Of a stretch of 41,244 nt of DNA, positions 29,063 to 37,924 are shown one piece after another. The translations under genes and the position numbers were made by a program. The first letter of the stretch is position 1. Each line of letters starts with the position of its first letter. Source of the stretch: a virus; the IMG/VR virus record IMGVR_UViG_3300045988_176248, positions 1-41,244 of that record, one strand, 5' to 3'. Below the pieces are notes generated by a model. It searched no databases. It saw nothing but the letters and a program-made list of their open reading frames with translations, and was not told the origin of the DNA.

Positions 29063-29683
29063 TTAGAAAAGGCCACCTGGGCTAAATTGGCCCTTAATAC
29101 CACCAGACAATTTATAAGCTTTTTTACTCGTGGTGCTGGTTCCTTGCGACTTAGTTTCAGCACCTTTCAAGACGTTAAGCAGGCTGTTAAGAGCTTCCAA
29201 GCTAATTGACTCATCCTGAGCCAGAGAGTTAAGCAGCACCTGGCTCGCATTAAGTTGCTGATTACCGGCTTGAGCTTCGAGTTCAGCACGTTTTCCTGCT
29301 AATTGAGTCGCAGCATTAGTAACGGCCTCGTCGTAGAAAGCCTGCACAAGTGAGTTGTCAGCGGCACCAACAGACCTAGCTAAGTCCTGATAGCTCTGGC
29401 CGAGTGCTTCGTCCGACTGTTGCTTAGCGGCGGCCATAATAGCATCTACATCAATATTGCCGCCTTCGGCAAGTTGACCCAAAGTGTCATAAGCTCCGGT
29501 GGCCCGAGGGTCTTCAGTGTTAATTAGGTCACTATAAGCGTCAAGGTTATCCAAGGCCGCTTCATTGAGAGCGTCAAGTAACTCGGACCTAAATTGTGTA
29601 GTATATGAACTTTCCTGCGTCTTAGACTTTTCTTTAGAATAAGAGCCAGAAAGCTTACTGGTTAATCCGGTCATACCAAACAT
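29063..29683 (-). CDS. Putative internal virion protein (gp14-like by position)
   Basis: 206-aa ORF with SD aaggag. Ala/Gln-rich helical composition. Confidence 0.35.
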   Translation of the reverse strand: MFGMTGLTSKLSGSYSKEKSKTQESSYTTQFRSELLDALNEAALDNLDAYSDLINTEDPRATGAYDTLGQLAEGGNIDVDAIMAAAKQQSDEALGQSYQDLARSVGAADNSLVQAFYDEAVTNAATQLAGKRAELEAQAGNQQLNASQVLLNSLAQDESISLEALNSLLNVLKGAETKSQGTSTTSKKAYKLSGGIKGQFSPGGLF

Positions 29684-29702
29684 TTAATTATCTCCTTTCA
29701 TC

Positions 29703-29969
29703 TTAATTAACTTTCTTCAAAATTGGCCGCTCGTTGCACAAGCCATAGGCGCGTTCTAGAAATGCCGTCCATTGAACAAGGTCGCCATTGGTCTTAATTG
29801 ACGGTCGAACGAGCTGGGCGCATTGAACTTTCTGTACAATTACCCGCTCAGTCGAGCAAGCACTCAGCAGGCACAGGGCTGCTATAATAATCAGCGCAAC
29901 TGTTATTGCTGCTGTTAATTTCATTAAAACGCTTATTAACTTCAACAGAAGCTTGAGTGATTTTATCAT
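29703..29969 (-). CDS. Putative o-spanin (Rz1-like outer-membrane lipoprotein)
   Basis: SD aaggagcaaatagATG. Hydrophobic signal ending in the lipobox LLSAC, followed by a short ~50-aa mature part. Starts inside the i-spanin gene in another frame and extends past it (overlapped architecture). Confidence 0.55.
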   Translation of the reverse strand: MIKSLKLLLKLISVLMKLTAAITVALIIIAALCLLSACSTERVIVQKVQCAQLVRPSIKTNGDLVQWTAFLERAYGLCNERPILKKVN

Positions 29970-30120
29970 CTATTTGCTCCTTAACTTTTATAAGTTCATT
30001 AACTTCAGTTTTCGCCCTAGCATATCCAGCGGCTTCGCGGCGTTCTGCATACCAAATTGACATCATCAAGCCAATTAGCTGCAGGGTCAAAAAAGCGCCT
30101 ATGAGCTTAATGCTTCCCAT
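29848..30120 (-). CDS. Putative i-spanin (Rz-like)
   Basis: The ATG at 30120 has SD aaaggacaagtgcgATG. N-terminal TM IKLIGAFLTLQLIGLMMSIWY, then a charged coiled-coil region. Immediately downstream of the holin candidate. Confidence 0.55.
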   Translation of the reverse strand: MGSIKLIGAFLTLQLIGLMMSIWYAERREAAGYARAKTEVNELIKVKEQIDDKITQASVEVNKRFNEINSSNNSCADYYSSPVPAECLLD

Positions 30121-30508
30121 CGCACTTGTCCTTTTCTGATATCTTAATGTGGTCGGTGCCGGCATCAAACGAGATGCTTACATCTTTATACTTAATTGAG
30201 TACAGCTTAGAAAGCGCCTGACTTATGTGCTCACCAAGCAGAAAGAGTCCAGAAACGCATGAAGCCCAAATTATGATATAGGCAATCAATTTAGTTTCCA
30301 TGTGCGGCTCGTGTAAAGTAACTAGATACACAACAGTAGCACACGGGATTACTGTAATTATCCACTTCCTTGAGATGAACCTAAAAGCCAGCTCTCGCTT
30401 GTTGCATTGCATCTTAAGTAACCACGAGGTGATAAATGGCACGAATGTACTCAGCAAGATAATTGCTATCAATGCTAAGCAAGGCATTATTTCAAAGTCT
30501 ATCAGCAT
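30107..30508 (-). CDS. Putative class I holin (three TM segments, charged C-terminal tail)
   Basis: 133 aa. Hydrophobic segments PCLALIAIILLSTFVPFITSWLL, WIITVIPCATVVYLVTL and LIAYIIIWASCVSGLFLLG. K/D/E-rich tail. Located directly upstream of the spanin pair. Confidence 0.5.
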   Translation of the reverse strand: MLIDFEIMPCLALIAIILLSTFVPFITSWLLKMQCNKRELAFRFISRKWIITVIPCATVVYLVTLHEPHMETKLIAYIIIWASCVSGLFLLGEHISQALSKLYSIKYKDVSISFDAGTDHIKISEKDKCDGKH

Positions 30509-30543
30509 TGTAAATTCCTTTCTTAATTAGCTTCTCTCATAAT

Positions 30544-30572
30544 AATTGTACCAATAATTCGTGTAAATGTCA
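30544..30572 (-). promoter_or_regulatory. Sigma70-type promoter upstream of the holin-spanin cassette
   Basis: Read on the minus strand: TTGACA, then a 17-nt spacer (tttacacgaattattgg), then TACAAT, with TGn before the -10. Shares CGAATTATT with the promoter at 5585-5613. Confidence 0.55.
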
Positions 30573-30586
30573 ACTTGCCGCTTCAG

Positions 30587-31165
30587 CTACACTACAACAG
30601 TTAATGCAACACAGAACCAAAGTAAGCCGCCCCAAACCCACTCACCTAAGTTCCAAGCGTTTTTGCCTTCATCACAATTAAGTGCTTGGCAGACCATTGT
30701 GGCAATTAGGTATGCGGGGCCCATTAACAGCCCAGACAGCATTAGGGGTATGGAGTATAAGGGTAAGCCAATTAAGAACGTCCAGACAAGGCCACGTAGG
30801 CAGAGGCCGCAAAACCCGTAGACTCTCGGTGAACTTATATTCTCAATTAACTCATCTATGGCTGCGCACTCACTTCGAGAGCTCTGCTTCCCAGTAGTCA
30901 ATTCACCTATGTAGGTGCCCCAGCCACAAATCTGCTGGCCGAGGTACATAGCAAGGCAATTGAGTATTGCATAGGTAAGCGGGCTTACAGCTTCAGGGCA
31001 GTAGCTTGAGGCGAAATTCGCCATAGTTAAGCCATACGTGAGTGGCTGCCAGAGTTTATTAAGTGGCAACTCGCCTAACCCAGGTAGCTCAAGGCCGCCC
31101 CGAATCCGGTTAACTAAAGCCCCGTATAGGGTTAGAATGATAATTGAGCGTATAGTGTTAATCAT
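30587..31165 (-). CDS. Polytopic membrane protein of unknown function
   Basis: 192-aa ORF with SD ggagg. At least five hydrophobic stretches, Cys/Trp/Gly-rich. Lies between the fibre genes and the holin promoter. Confidence 0.65.
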   Translation of the reverse strand: MINTIRSIIILTLYGALVNRIRGGLELPGLGELPLNKLWQPLTYGLTMANFASSYCPEAVSPLTYAILNCLAMYLGQQICGWGTYIGELTTGKQSSRSECAAIDELIENISSPRVYGFCGLCLRGLVWTFLIGLPLYSIPLMLSGLLMGPAYLIATMVCQALNCDEGKNAWNLGEWVWGGLLWFCVALTVVV

Positions 31166-31176
31166 CTTTAATCCTC

Positions 31177-32730
31177 CTAATCTTTCTTCATTAAATCATA
31201 CATGCTAACGCGACAGATTTTTGATCCTAAGACAATCTTATTCTCAGCCATATTTCGGCTCATCCGTTCATTAGGGTTGTTAATTTGCACGAAGTAAACA
31301 TAATTGCGGAAGAAGCCAATGACAGCCCATTTACTTGAACCGTTAAAAATCGGCTTAAATTCCTTATATACATTACTGCCAGGAATTCCGGAGTAGGTAA
31401 ATTGTATCAACCTAATTGAGTAATCAGCTCTCTGAACAATTAGGTAATTAGCCATTGAATGCAATGAAATAACTTTATTATTATTGTCCGCTACAGCTAT
31501 GCCTGTATTAGTAAAGCTAAGCCTGTTGTTTGGTATGGTTTTTCCTCCTTGAGGCTGAAAATTGTAATCTAAGATAAGTAACGTATGCGGCGCATCGGTG
31601 TTGGTTCTTAGCACCGCTAAGAATCTATCATAAGGTGCCGAGTTGTTCATAGCCCAAGGGGCGTAAATTGAGATTTTCTGTCCATTAGTCGAGTCCCAAA
31701 AAGTCTGGTTAGTTGACATTATACCGTCAATGTTCTGCTCAGATGTTTGCGCACTCCAACATACTTTAGCATAGCTAAGTGAATCACCGTAAAAATTTGC
31801 CACTTGGCTATACGTAAACATATCAACCATAATGCAAAATGCGCCATACAAGCCATTAACATAATGATAAGAGCAACTCCATGGAGTTGCTTTATCAAAT
31901 TTCGACGCACTTCCTCGATGTAGATATAACTTAATTGCTGTTTTTTGCGATACCCAATTTCCTCCAGTCGAATAAGAACCACCAGATTTAAGCCCGTTGT
32001 TTTCACTTAATTGAGATTCTGCACCGGGAGCTCCATTAACTCTGCTTGCAATAACACCCATCATTGACGTGTTGTTTCTAAAGGGGCCGTAAATTTGGCT
32101 ACTGCCTGAAAAGCCAGAAACTCCACTTATGTATGCTCGCTTCATTAAGACCCAATTCTCAGGGTTGGCCGAAGCATCTCTGGCGGTTCGCAAGTTAATC
32201 TGATTGAGGCCTGAATCAGCGTAATAAGTAGATGCGTACCAATGCTTCTGTGCAGGTTCATAAACAGGACCAAACATCATGGGTGTGTTATCGTTTATAG
32301 TTACAGGACTGTTGCTTGAAGTGAAAGTTAATTGACTATCAAGATAATTAAAGTTACTTATCATTTCAACACTGTCAATAGCTTCTTCATCATTACTTGA
32401 ATTAGCAGTAAATCCAGTACCTTTGAATCTAATCATATTTCTAAATTGAACCAGCCCAGCTGGTAATATTTCATTTAGAGCACCACTCAAGTAATAATTC
32501 TGTCTACAATTATATATACTTTGCCCAGTACTTAGGAATCTTCCACGAAGCCTATCCTCATACATTTGCATATAAGGATTGTAAATTGACCGCCCTGCGT
32601 GGTCAGCATTATATTCACTTGTCATCTGAGGTTCATCTGGGTAAGTCAAAGTAAGCCCATTGAACCATTCAAGAGGGACTAAATTCGAGGCCCCTTTTCC
32701 AAGGGGCCTTAATGAAGTTCTTATCACCAT
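31177..32730 (-). CDS. Hypothetical tail or receptor-binding protein
   Basis: 517-aa ORF with SD ggagg. S/N/G/Y-rich composition typical of beta-rich fibre or spike proteins. In the fibre cluster. Confidence 0.4.
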   Translation of the reverse strand: MVIRTSLRPLGKGASNLVPLEWFNGLTLTYPDEPQMTSEYNADHAGRSIYNPYMQMYEDRLRGRFLSTGQSIYNCRQNYYLSGALNEILPAGLVQFRNMIRFKGTGFTANSSNDEEAIDSVEMISNFNYLDSQLTFTSSNSPVTINDNTPMMFGPVYEPAQKHWYASTYYADSGLNQINLRTARDASANPENWVLMKRAYISGVSGFSGSSQIYGPFRNNTSMMGVIASRVNGAPGAESQLSENNGLKSGGSYSTGGNWVSQKTAIKLYLHRGSASKFDKATPWSCSYHYVNGLYGAFCIMVDMFTYSQVANFYGDSLSYAKVCWSAQTSEQNIDGIMSTNQTFWDSTNGQKISIYAPWAMNNSAPYDRFLAVLRTNTDAPHTLLILDYNFQPQGGKTIPNNRLSFTNTGIAVADNNNKVISLHSMANYLIVQRADYSIRLIQFTYSGIPGSNVYKEFKPIFNGSSKWAVIGFFRNYVYFVQINNPNERMSRNMAENKIVLGSKICRVSMYDLMKKD

Positions 32731-32748
32731 TAACTTATTCCTCCTAAT

Positions 32749-34800
32749 TTACGCCGTGGTGTCATATTCGGCTTCGATATTAGCTATCCATTGAGGCTCG
32801 TAGCCCGGAAGTGCCGCCGTTGAATTATACCTAAGTGAACGCCGCAAGGCAATTAACTTATATGGAGCACTCGACTCTTGGAATACACCATCAGAATTAT
32901 CAATCCAGTAAGGTGTTATAGCTGAGCCATTAACTGTAAATTCGACGCCAGTTACCAACGAGCCGTAGCTTGAGTCAGAGCAGTCAATTAGCAGCTCAAA
33001 AGTAATTACCGCATCATCCGGAATGCCAGCCGGAACTGTGATAGCAACTGGCAATTTAGCACTGCTGTTCATATGAGTTACTCGAATCGTATAGTGCTTA
33101 ATCTGGTTATCAAGAGTAACCGCAGCACTATCAACAGCGCTAATTTGAGAGTTCCTTGACATCACTTTCTCGGTTGCGGCGCAGAGCATATTGGCCGTAA
33201 ATGTACTTCCAGAAGTCCATTCAGATGTTGCCATAGCAAGCGAGCCATTGGAGTCGATTAGAGGCCACTTAGTTGAATCTGACAAAGTGTACTCAGAATA
33301 ATCATCTCCTGGGTTCTTAGCCGCTACTTCAATCTGACCGCTAAATGTACTTCCAATCCCAAGTGAGCCAGTTGCAACAGCAATGTAAGGTGCTGATAAG
33401 CGGGAAGTAAAGTAAGCCGAACTTAATGCGTTACCAGATGAAGCCATATCCCAAGAATCATATTGAATATTTCCGTTAAGGATAGACTTAATTCTGTACA
33501 TATATAATCCACGGTTAATTGTACCGTTATTCGGCAGAGTTACTTGACCGCTGTCAGCAAAAATCCACCCACCAACTTCTGGTGTTAATCCCGAGAATAG
33601 GGCCGAAAATTCCTCAACAGTGTTTGGTACGTCATTAAAATCACTTAGTACGCCATAAATGGTTTGGTTAATCGTGATATTCTGTGAATTACTGACTTCA
33701 GCAACATTAGCCATCTGGCAGATAGTTAAGTCAGCAGAGCACACAATGAACTGGTCGAGGTAAATTGCGCGGCTGCTTAACTGGCTTAGGTTCCAATTAA
33801 GGTCTTTCAAGCCAAGCTCCGCTTCTTGCACAGAGGTAAACAGCTGGCTTTCGTCAGAAACCTGCTGAAGCAGCAAGAGGATTTGGCCAGTTTCAATTAA
33901 CACCAACCGAAATACCACAAATTTACTCGTGCCGTTACTTGAGTCAAGCAGAGTTTTCGCGCTCGTTGTTGTATTGTAATAATAGGGTTGAATATTCGGT
34001 TGAGCAGTTTCGCCATCATGGTCATAATTAGGGTAGTAATATTTGAAGTTAATTGACGACATAGCCGGAAACAGCTTACGGTCAGGCCGCTGTGAATTAC
34101 CGGCGTAGTTGATGCCTTCCTTAATTAAGTCGAAACTTTGGCAACTCAAGCCCTTGGCCGCATCCGAAGAAGTTACTTGAGCGGCGAAGTTAACTACCAT
34201 TATAGGGTGGTCGCGGCCAAATGTACTTGAATCAGCCAAAAACGGCCGCACTGAAAGTTCCGAGGCCGTTAAGTCGCCATCTGCATTAACATAGATGTTG
34301 CACAGTGCTAAGTAGATGTCATAATCTGATGTGCTTATTTCTCCAATGCCACTTTCATTAAGTCCAACATAAACAACTTGGCCTGCATATTTGGGCCCAA
34401 TTGTGATAGTTTCTTCCTGATGTTGCACCAAATCCGTGCCGTCAAACCACTGGAAGGACTTAAGTAAGATGGTATTAGTCGAGCTAACCGTGGCAATATC
34501 GGCCGTATAGGGTTTGGTCAGCCCAATTAACAAGTCCTTCTTTTTCGGCAATGCAGCTGCATTTGCACCAGACTCTGCGGTAACAGATGACAGCTGGTCT
34601 TCAAGTTCCTGAAGTTCATCTGCTACTTTACTTCTAACTGCATCGGCCGCCACGTTATTCATATCAGCACGAGCCAAGTCAATTCTAGTGCTGTTCAAGT
34701 AAACGCTAAGCGTCTGGCCGGTTTCGGTGCTGATTTCACGGTCGTTGTAATCAACACCATCTCCAGTAACATTAGCAATTTGTAAAACGCCCTTGCTCAT
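32749..34800 (-). CDS. Putative tail fibre or tail spike protein
   Basis: 683-aa ORF in the fibre cluster. S/T/N/G-rich. N-terminal coiled segment VADELQELEDQLSSV. Confidence 0.45.
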   Translation of the reverse strand: MSKGVLQIANVTGDGVDYNDREISTETGQTLSVYLNSTRIDLARADMNNVAADAVRSKVADELQELEDQLSSVTAESGANAAALPKKKDLLIGLTKPYTADIATVSSTNTILLKSFQWFDGTDLVQHQEETITIGPKYAGQVVYVGLNESGIGEISTSDYDIYLALCNIYVNADGDLTASELSVRPFLADSSTFGRDHPIMVVNFAAQVTSSDAAKGLSCQSFDLIKEGINYAGNSQRPDRKLFPAMSSINFKYYYPNYDHDGETAQPNIQPYYYNTTTSAKTLLDSSNGTSKFVVFRLVLIETGQILLLLQQVSDESQLFTSVQEAELGLKDLNWNLSQLSSRAIYLDQFIVCSADLTICQMANVAEVSNSQNITINQTIYGVLSDFNDVPNTVEEFSALFSGLTPEVGGWIFADSGQVTLPNNGTINRGLYMYRIKSILNGNIQYDSWDMASSGNALSSAYFTSRLSAPYIAVATGSLGIGSTFSGQIEVAAKNPGDDYSEYTLSDSTKWPLIDSNGSLAMATSEWTSGSTFTANMLCAATEKVMSRNSQISAVDSAAVTLDNQIKHYTIRVTHMNSSAKLPVAITVPAGIPDDAVITFELLIDCSDSSYGSLVTGVEFTVNGSAITPYWIDNSDGVFQESSAPYKLIALRRSLRYNSTAALPGYEPQWIANIEAEYDTTA

Positions 34801-34824
34801 TTTCTATCCTTTCGTCAATTAAGT

Positions 34825-36105
34825 TTAATAAATCCGCATCCGCATAAAGTTGCTGAAGCTACTCTGGTTGTAGCCCCAAACTACACAATTATCTCTGTAG
34901 GCCAAACCATTCTTATTAAACCGCACGCGGTAATTAGCAGGAATGATGAATTGGCCGCTCGAGCAACCAGAGCTGCTTCCGGTGAAGTGGCCGTAAAACA
35001 GATGGTTTTCTAATTGAGTGCCATTTGGGCTAGAGATAATTATGTTGGCTGTTGAACCACCTGGCCCTGCAGCAGTGGCACTAATGAAGACTGGCTGACT
35101 CCACGATTTGTTACTTGTGAACAGCGACCCGTTGTATAGCTCTGAGGAGTAATTCGGGGCGCCGTTTGACGAGGTAGACCTAATTAACGGTCGAACACAA
35201 GTCGAAGCCCCTTTGTCCCAAATAAAGTAACTTCCTTTAATAGTACCATTGTTAGTTGAGCTGTGAGTCTTAGTAGCTATTCCTTTAGTTCCTCCAGAAT
35301 CTAAGTAAAGCTGCATCTGGGCTTTAAGTGGGTTCATCATAGAAGTGAGGGTCGTAGTGCCGCCATCGCAGGTTACGACTCCATTGCCTTCCAAGTACTT
35401 AAGCGACTCAAAAGCAGTCCACATGGGTTGCTGAGAATTTCCACTCGAGTAATCTCCCTGGAAAGTATCTTTGAAGCAAGCGGCAGTGTAATTACCAATG
35501 TAGACGGAGCCAGCTCCGGTAATGAAGTCAGTGCCACTAACGGTTCCATCTACAATGAGTTTGCAGCCTTCTTCAATTGTCAAGGTGTACGCACTAGAGC
35601 CAATTAAGTTGAAACAGTGCAAAACGGCTCCACCTGACAGCGTCACATTACCAACCATATTGAATGTGGCATAAGGTGCTTCGACCCGTTTTCCAGCGAA
35701 GCTACTTAGGTTGGCATTTGAAGCATCTTGGCAAAAAATGAACCCACTTGAGTCAGCTGCTGCAGCGCCGCCCAGTGACACCTTTGCTAATTGAGGGTTA
35801 TTTCCAGCCAGCACATCGTTGCCGCCTTCGCTGATGAAAGTTCCTTCATAGGTGTTTAAGGCCAACTTAGTTACAGGAATATTCTCAAGCTGGTTGATAA
35901 TATCAGATGAAGCTACGTTGCTAAAATCGGCCCGAGCAAGCCAATGGCCTCCTGGAGTGGCGCCATCGTGAATTGCCACTGTCCAGTTTCGAGTGTCAAC
36001 GAAGAACTCTCGAGGGTTATAAACTGCATTGATTTCTTCCAAGTTACCGGAGCCCAACTGCGAAATTCGGCCTTGGTAATCACTATTAGGTAATCTATCT
36101 GTCAT
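34825..36105 (-). CDS. Tail fibre protein with an Mtd-N-like N-terminal domain
   Basis: REFFVDTRNWTVAIHDGATPGGHWLAR closely parallels, from memory, the N-terminus of the Bordetella phage BPP-1 Mtd protein (REITVDTDKNTVVVHDGATAGGFPLAR). The rest is G/S/T-rich. Confidence 0.6.
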   Translation of the reverse strand: MTDRLPNSDYQGRISQLGSGNLEEINAVYNPREFFVDTRNWTVAIHDGATPGGHWLARADFSNVASSDIINQLENIPVTKLALNTYEGTFISEGGNDVLAGNNPQLAKVSLGGAAAADSSGFIFCQDASNANLSSFAGKRVEAPYATFNMVGNVTLSGGAVLHCFNLIGSSAYTLTIEEGCKLIVDGTVSGTDFITGAGSVYIGNYTAACFKDTFQGDYSSGNSQQPMWTAFESLKYLEGNGVVTCDGGTTTLTSMMNPLKAQMQLYLDSGGTKGIATKTHSSTNNGTIKGSYFIWDKGASTCVRPLIRSTSSNGAPNYSSELYNGSLFTSNKSWSQPVFISATAAGPGGSTANIIISSPNGTQLENHLFYGHFTGSSSGCSSGQFIIPANYRVRFNKNGLAYRDNCVVWGYNQSSFSNFMRMRIY

Positions 36106-37924
36106 AAATAAGACCTCCCTTAAATAAGTTAAATTGTATTCCTGTTATCTCACAAAAGCCTTTTACAGCATAATTGAGCATATGGTAAATGCCGGTGTTA
36201 TAGATGTTTCCTACAAGACGACGCCCAACGAAGTATTTGTCCTCAATTGACACCTTGTGATGAGGCAAATTGCCGTAGGCGTCAGTTGAAGATGTCAAGG
36301 TAATTGACACATCATAGCCCATTGAAATGTTCTGGTTCCACTCGAAATCAGGTTCCTGGGTGACGGCACAATCAAGCTGGGGCGCTTGAAGCTGGCAGTC
36401 CCAAATGAACTCCTTTCTGTTACTTGACATGTTGGTGTCAATTCGGGTTATAACCGTAGTGCACTCGATGGGGATTTCTGGCGCGAAGCTAATTGAATTA
36501 AACTCAAAAAACGCATCCACTTTGTCAATGCGCTTAGCTTGCTGATAGACATCTGTTTCAAAGCCGCAACTTAATTCAAAGCCGCTACTCCATGTATTGT
36601 CATAATCATTCAAGTCAACATCAAAGGTGCTGTCATTTAGATCTTCATTAAGTAAGCTGTCATTCAGGTCTTCATCGAATACTGCTGGTAATGGCGGCTT
36701 GAAGCCACTAAATGTTGGCTCGAGTTTATCAACTAAATGCGTTATGACTGCATCAGCGAGCGGCAATTCTGCATAGAGGTTAATTGAGGTGCACATCGTA
36801 TCCGGTTGCTCAGCTGACAAGCTTCCAATTGACTCAACGTGCAACCTGTTGCCGTAGTAGCTTATTTCATTAAACTCTGTATTGTAGGCACTGCGGTACT
36901 CGAAGTTCCAGAAGTGCTGGAAGTTAATGAAGTTGAAACCACGCACAGCAGTTAATGAGTGCTGCACCTTGAAAACGCGCCCGAGTAGCAGGTCAATGCC
37001 AAGTATGTTTCCGTAGTAATTAACAACGAGATAGCGAGTTTCCAGCAAGTCAAGGTATTCGATGTCGATGCCGATTGAGTTGAAATAGTCAATTAACATC
37101 TCATTTACGACCTTGAACCCACCGGAACCCAAAGAGCCCAAATCTTCGTAGCTGTAAAGGTTCTTGTCAGAGTCAATGAAGTATACAATACCAAAGGTGC
37201 TAGTTAAGCAGCAATCTCTATTAAGAATCCGATGCTTACTAACTTCCTTGAAATTGTAAACCAAAGCCGTGTTTAGCTCGGTGGCGCTAATTACATTATC
37301 CGATGTGAACACCAGAAAGCCGTTTTTCTTCTTAGCCAAGGCAATTCCCTTGCCAGTGCTAAGTGAGTCCAAACTCTGAAAACCGGCTCCAGTGGTTGTA
37401 CTCGGCTGGAAATCATCTCCATTACCAACGGCACTCCAAGCTATGACATCGTCGCTCAAGGCAATTAACCTATTATTCGTAGCACAGATGAACTTGGTGC
37501 TCTGAGGGAATCCCGTAGGGCTGATTTGCTGAATAGAGTTAATTAAATGGTCATACTTAAACAGCACTTGGTCACAAAGGATATAGTAATAGGAGCCAAT
37601 GTAGTCCACGCTTACATTTTCGGCATCGCTGCTAAGCATCAACAACACAGTTCCATCGCCCGTATCGGCTGAGTACCTGTAAATGTACTTGTTTGTGATA
37701 ATTAATTTACCAGCATCATCCTGTAAATCAACTACCTTTTTCAGCTCGACGTTCCTTGAGTACGGCATAAAAAACAGCGGCTTGTAGCCGAGGCCAGTTG
37801 AGTAGCCATTGTATGTCGGGATAATGTTCGAGCCGTCTGTTATGTTAAGTTGATTGCCTTCTACCCTATCATAGGTTATATTAGGATTGAATATCAATAA
37901 GTTCTTATTAACTATCGAAACCAT
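36095..37924 (-). CDS. Putative tail tubular / nozzle-type structural protein (by position)
   Basis: 609-aa ORF downstream of the capsid and adaptor-sized genes. Contains the short tandem acidic repeat EDLNDS / EDLNDS / VDLNDY. Confidence 0.3.
   Translation of the reverse strand: MVSIVNKNLLIFNPNITYDRVEGNQLNITDGSNIIPTYNGYSTGLGYKPLFFMPYSRNVELKKVVDLQDDAGKLIITNKYIYRYSADTGDGTVLLMLSSDAENVSVDYIGSYYYILCDQVLFKYDHLINSIQQISPTGFPQSTKFICATNNRLIALSDDVIAWSAVGNGDDFQPSTTTGAGFQSLDSLSTGKGIALAKKKNGFLVFTSDNVISATELNTALVYNFKEVSKHRILNRDCCLTSTFGIVYFIDSDKNLYSYEDLGSLGSGGFKVVNEMLIDYFNSIGIDIEYLDLLETRYLVVNYYGNILGIDLLLGRVFKVQHSLTAVRGFNFINFQHFWNFEYRSAYNTEFNEISYYGNRLHVESIGSLSAEQPDTMCTSINLYAELPLADAVITHLVDKLEPTFSGFKPPLPAVFDEDLNDSLLNEDLNDSTFDVDLNDYDNTWSSGFELSCGFETDVYQQAKRIDKVDAFFEFNSISFAPEIPIECTTVITRIDTNMSSNRKEFIWDCQLQAPQLDCAVTQEPDFEWNQNISMGYDVSITLTSSTDAYGNLPHHKVSIEDKYFVGRRLVGNIYNTGIYHMLNYAVKGFCEITGIQFNLFKGGLIYDR

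Noticed and set aside
34825-36105. A diversity-generating retroelement, suggested by the Mtd-N-like fibre N-terminus
   Set aside because: There is no reverse transcriptase ORF anywhere in the genome. I found no template/variable repeat pair near the 3' end of the fibre genes.
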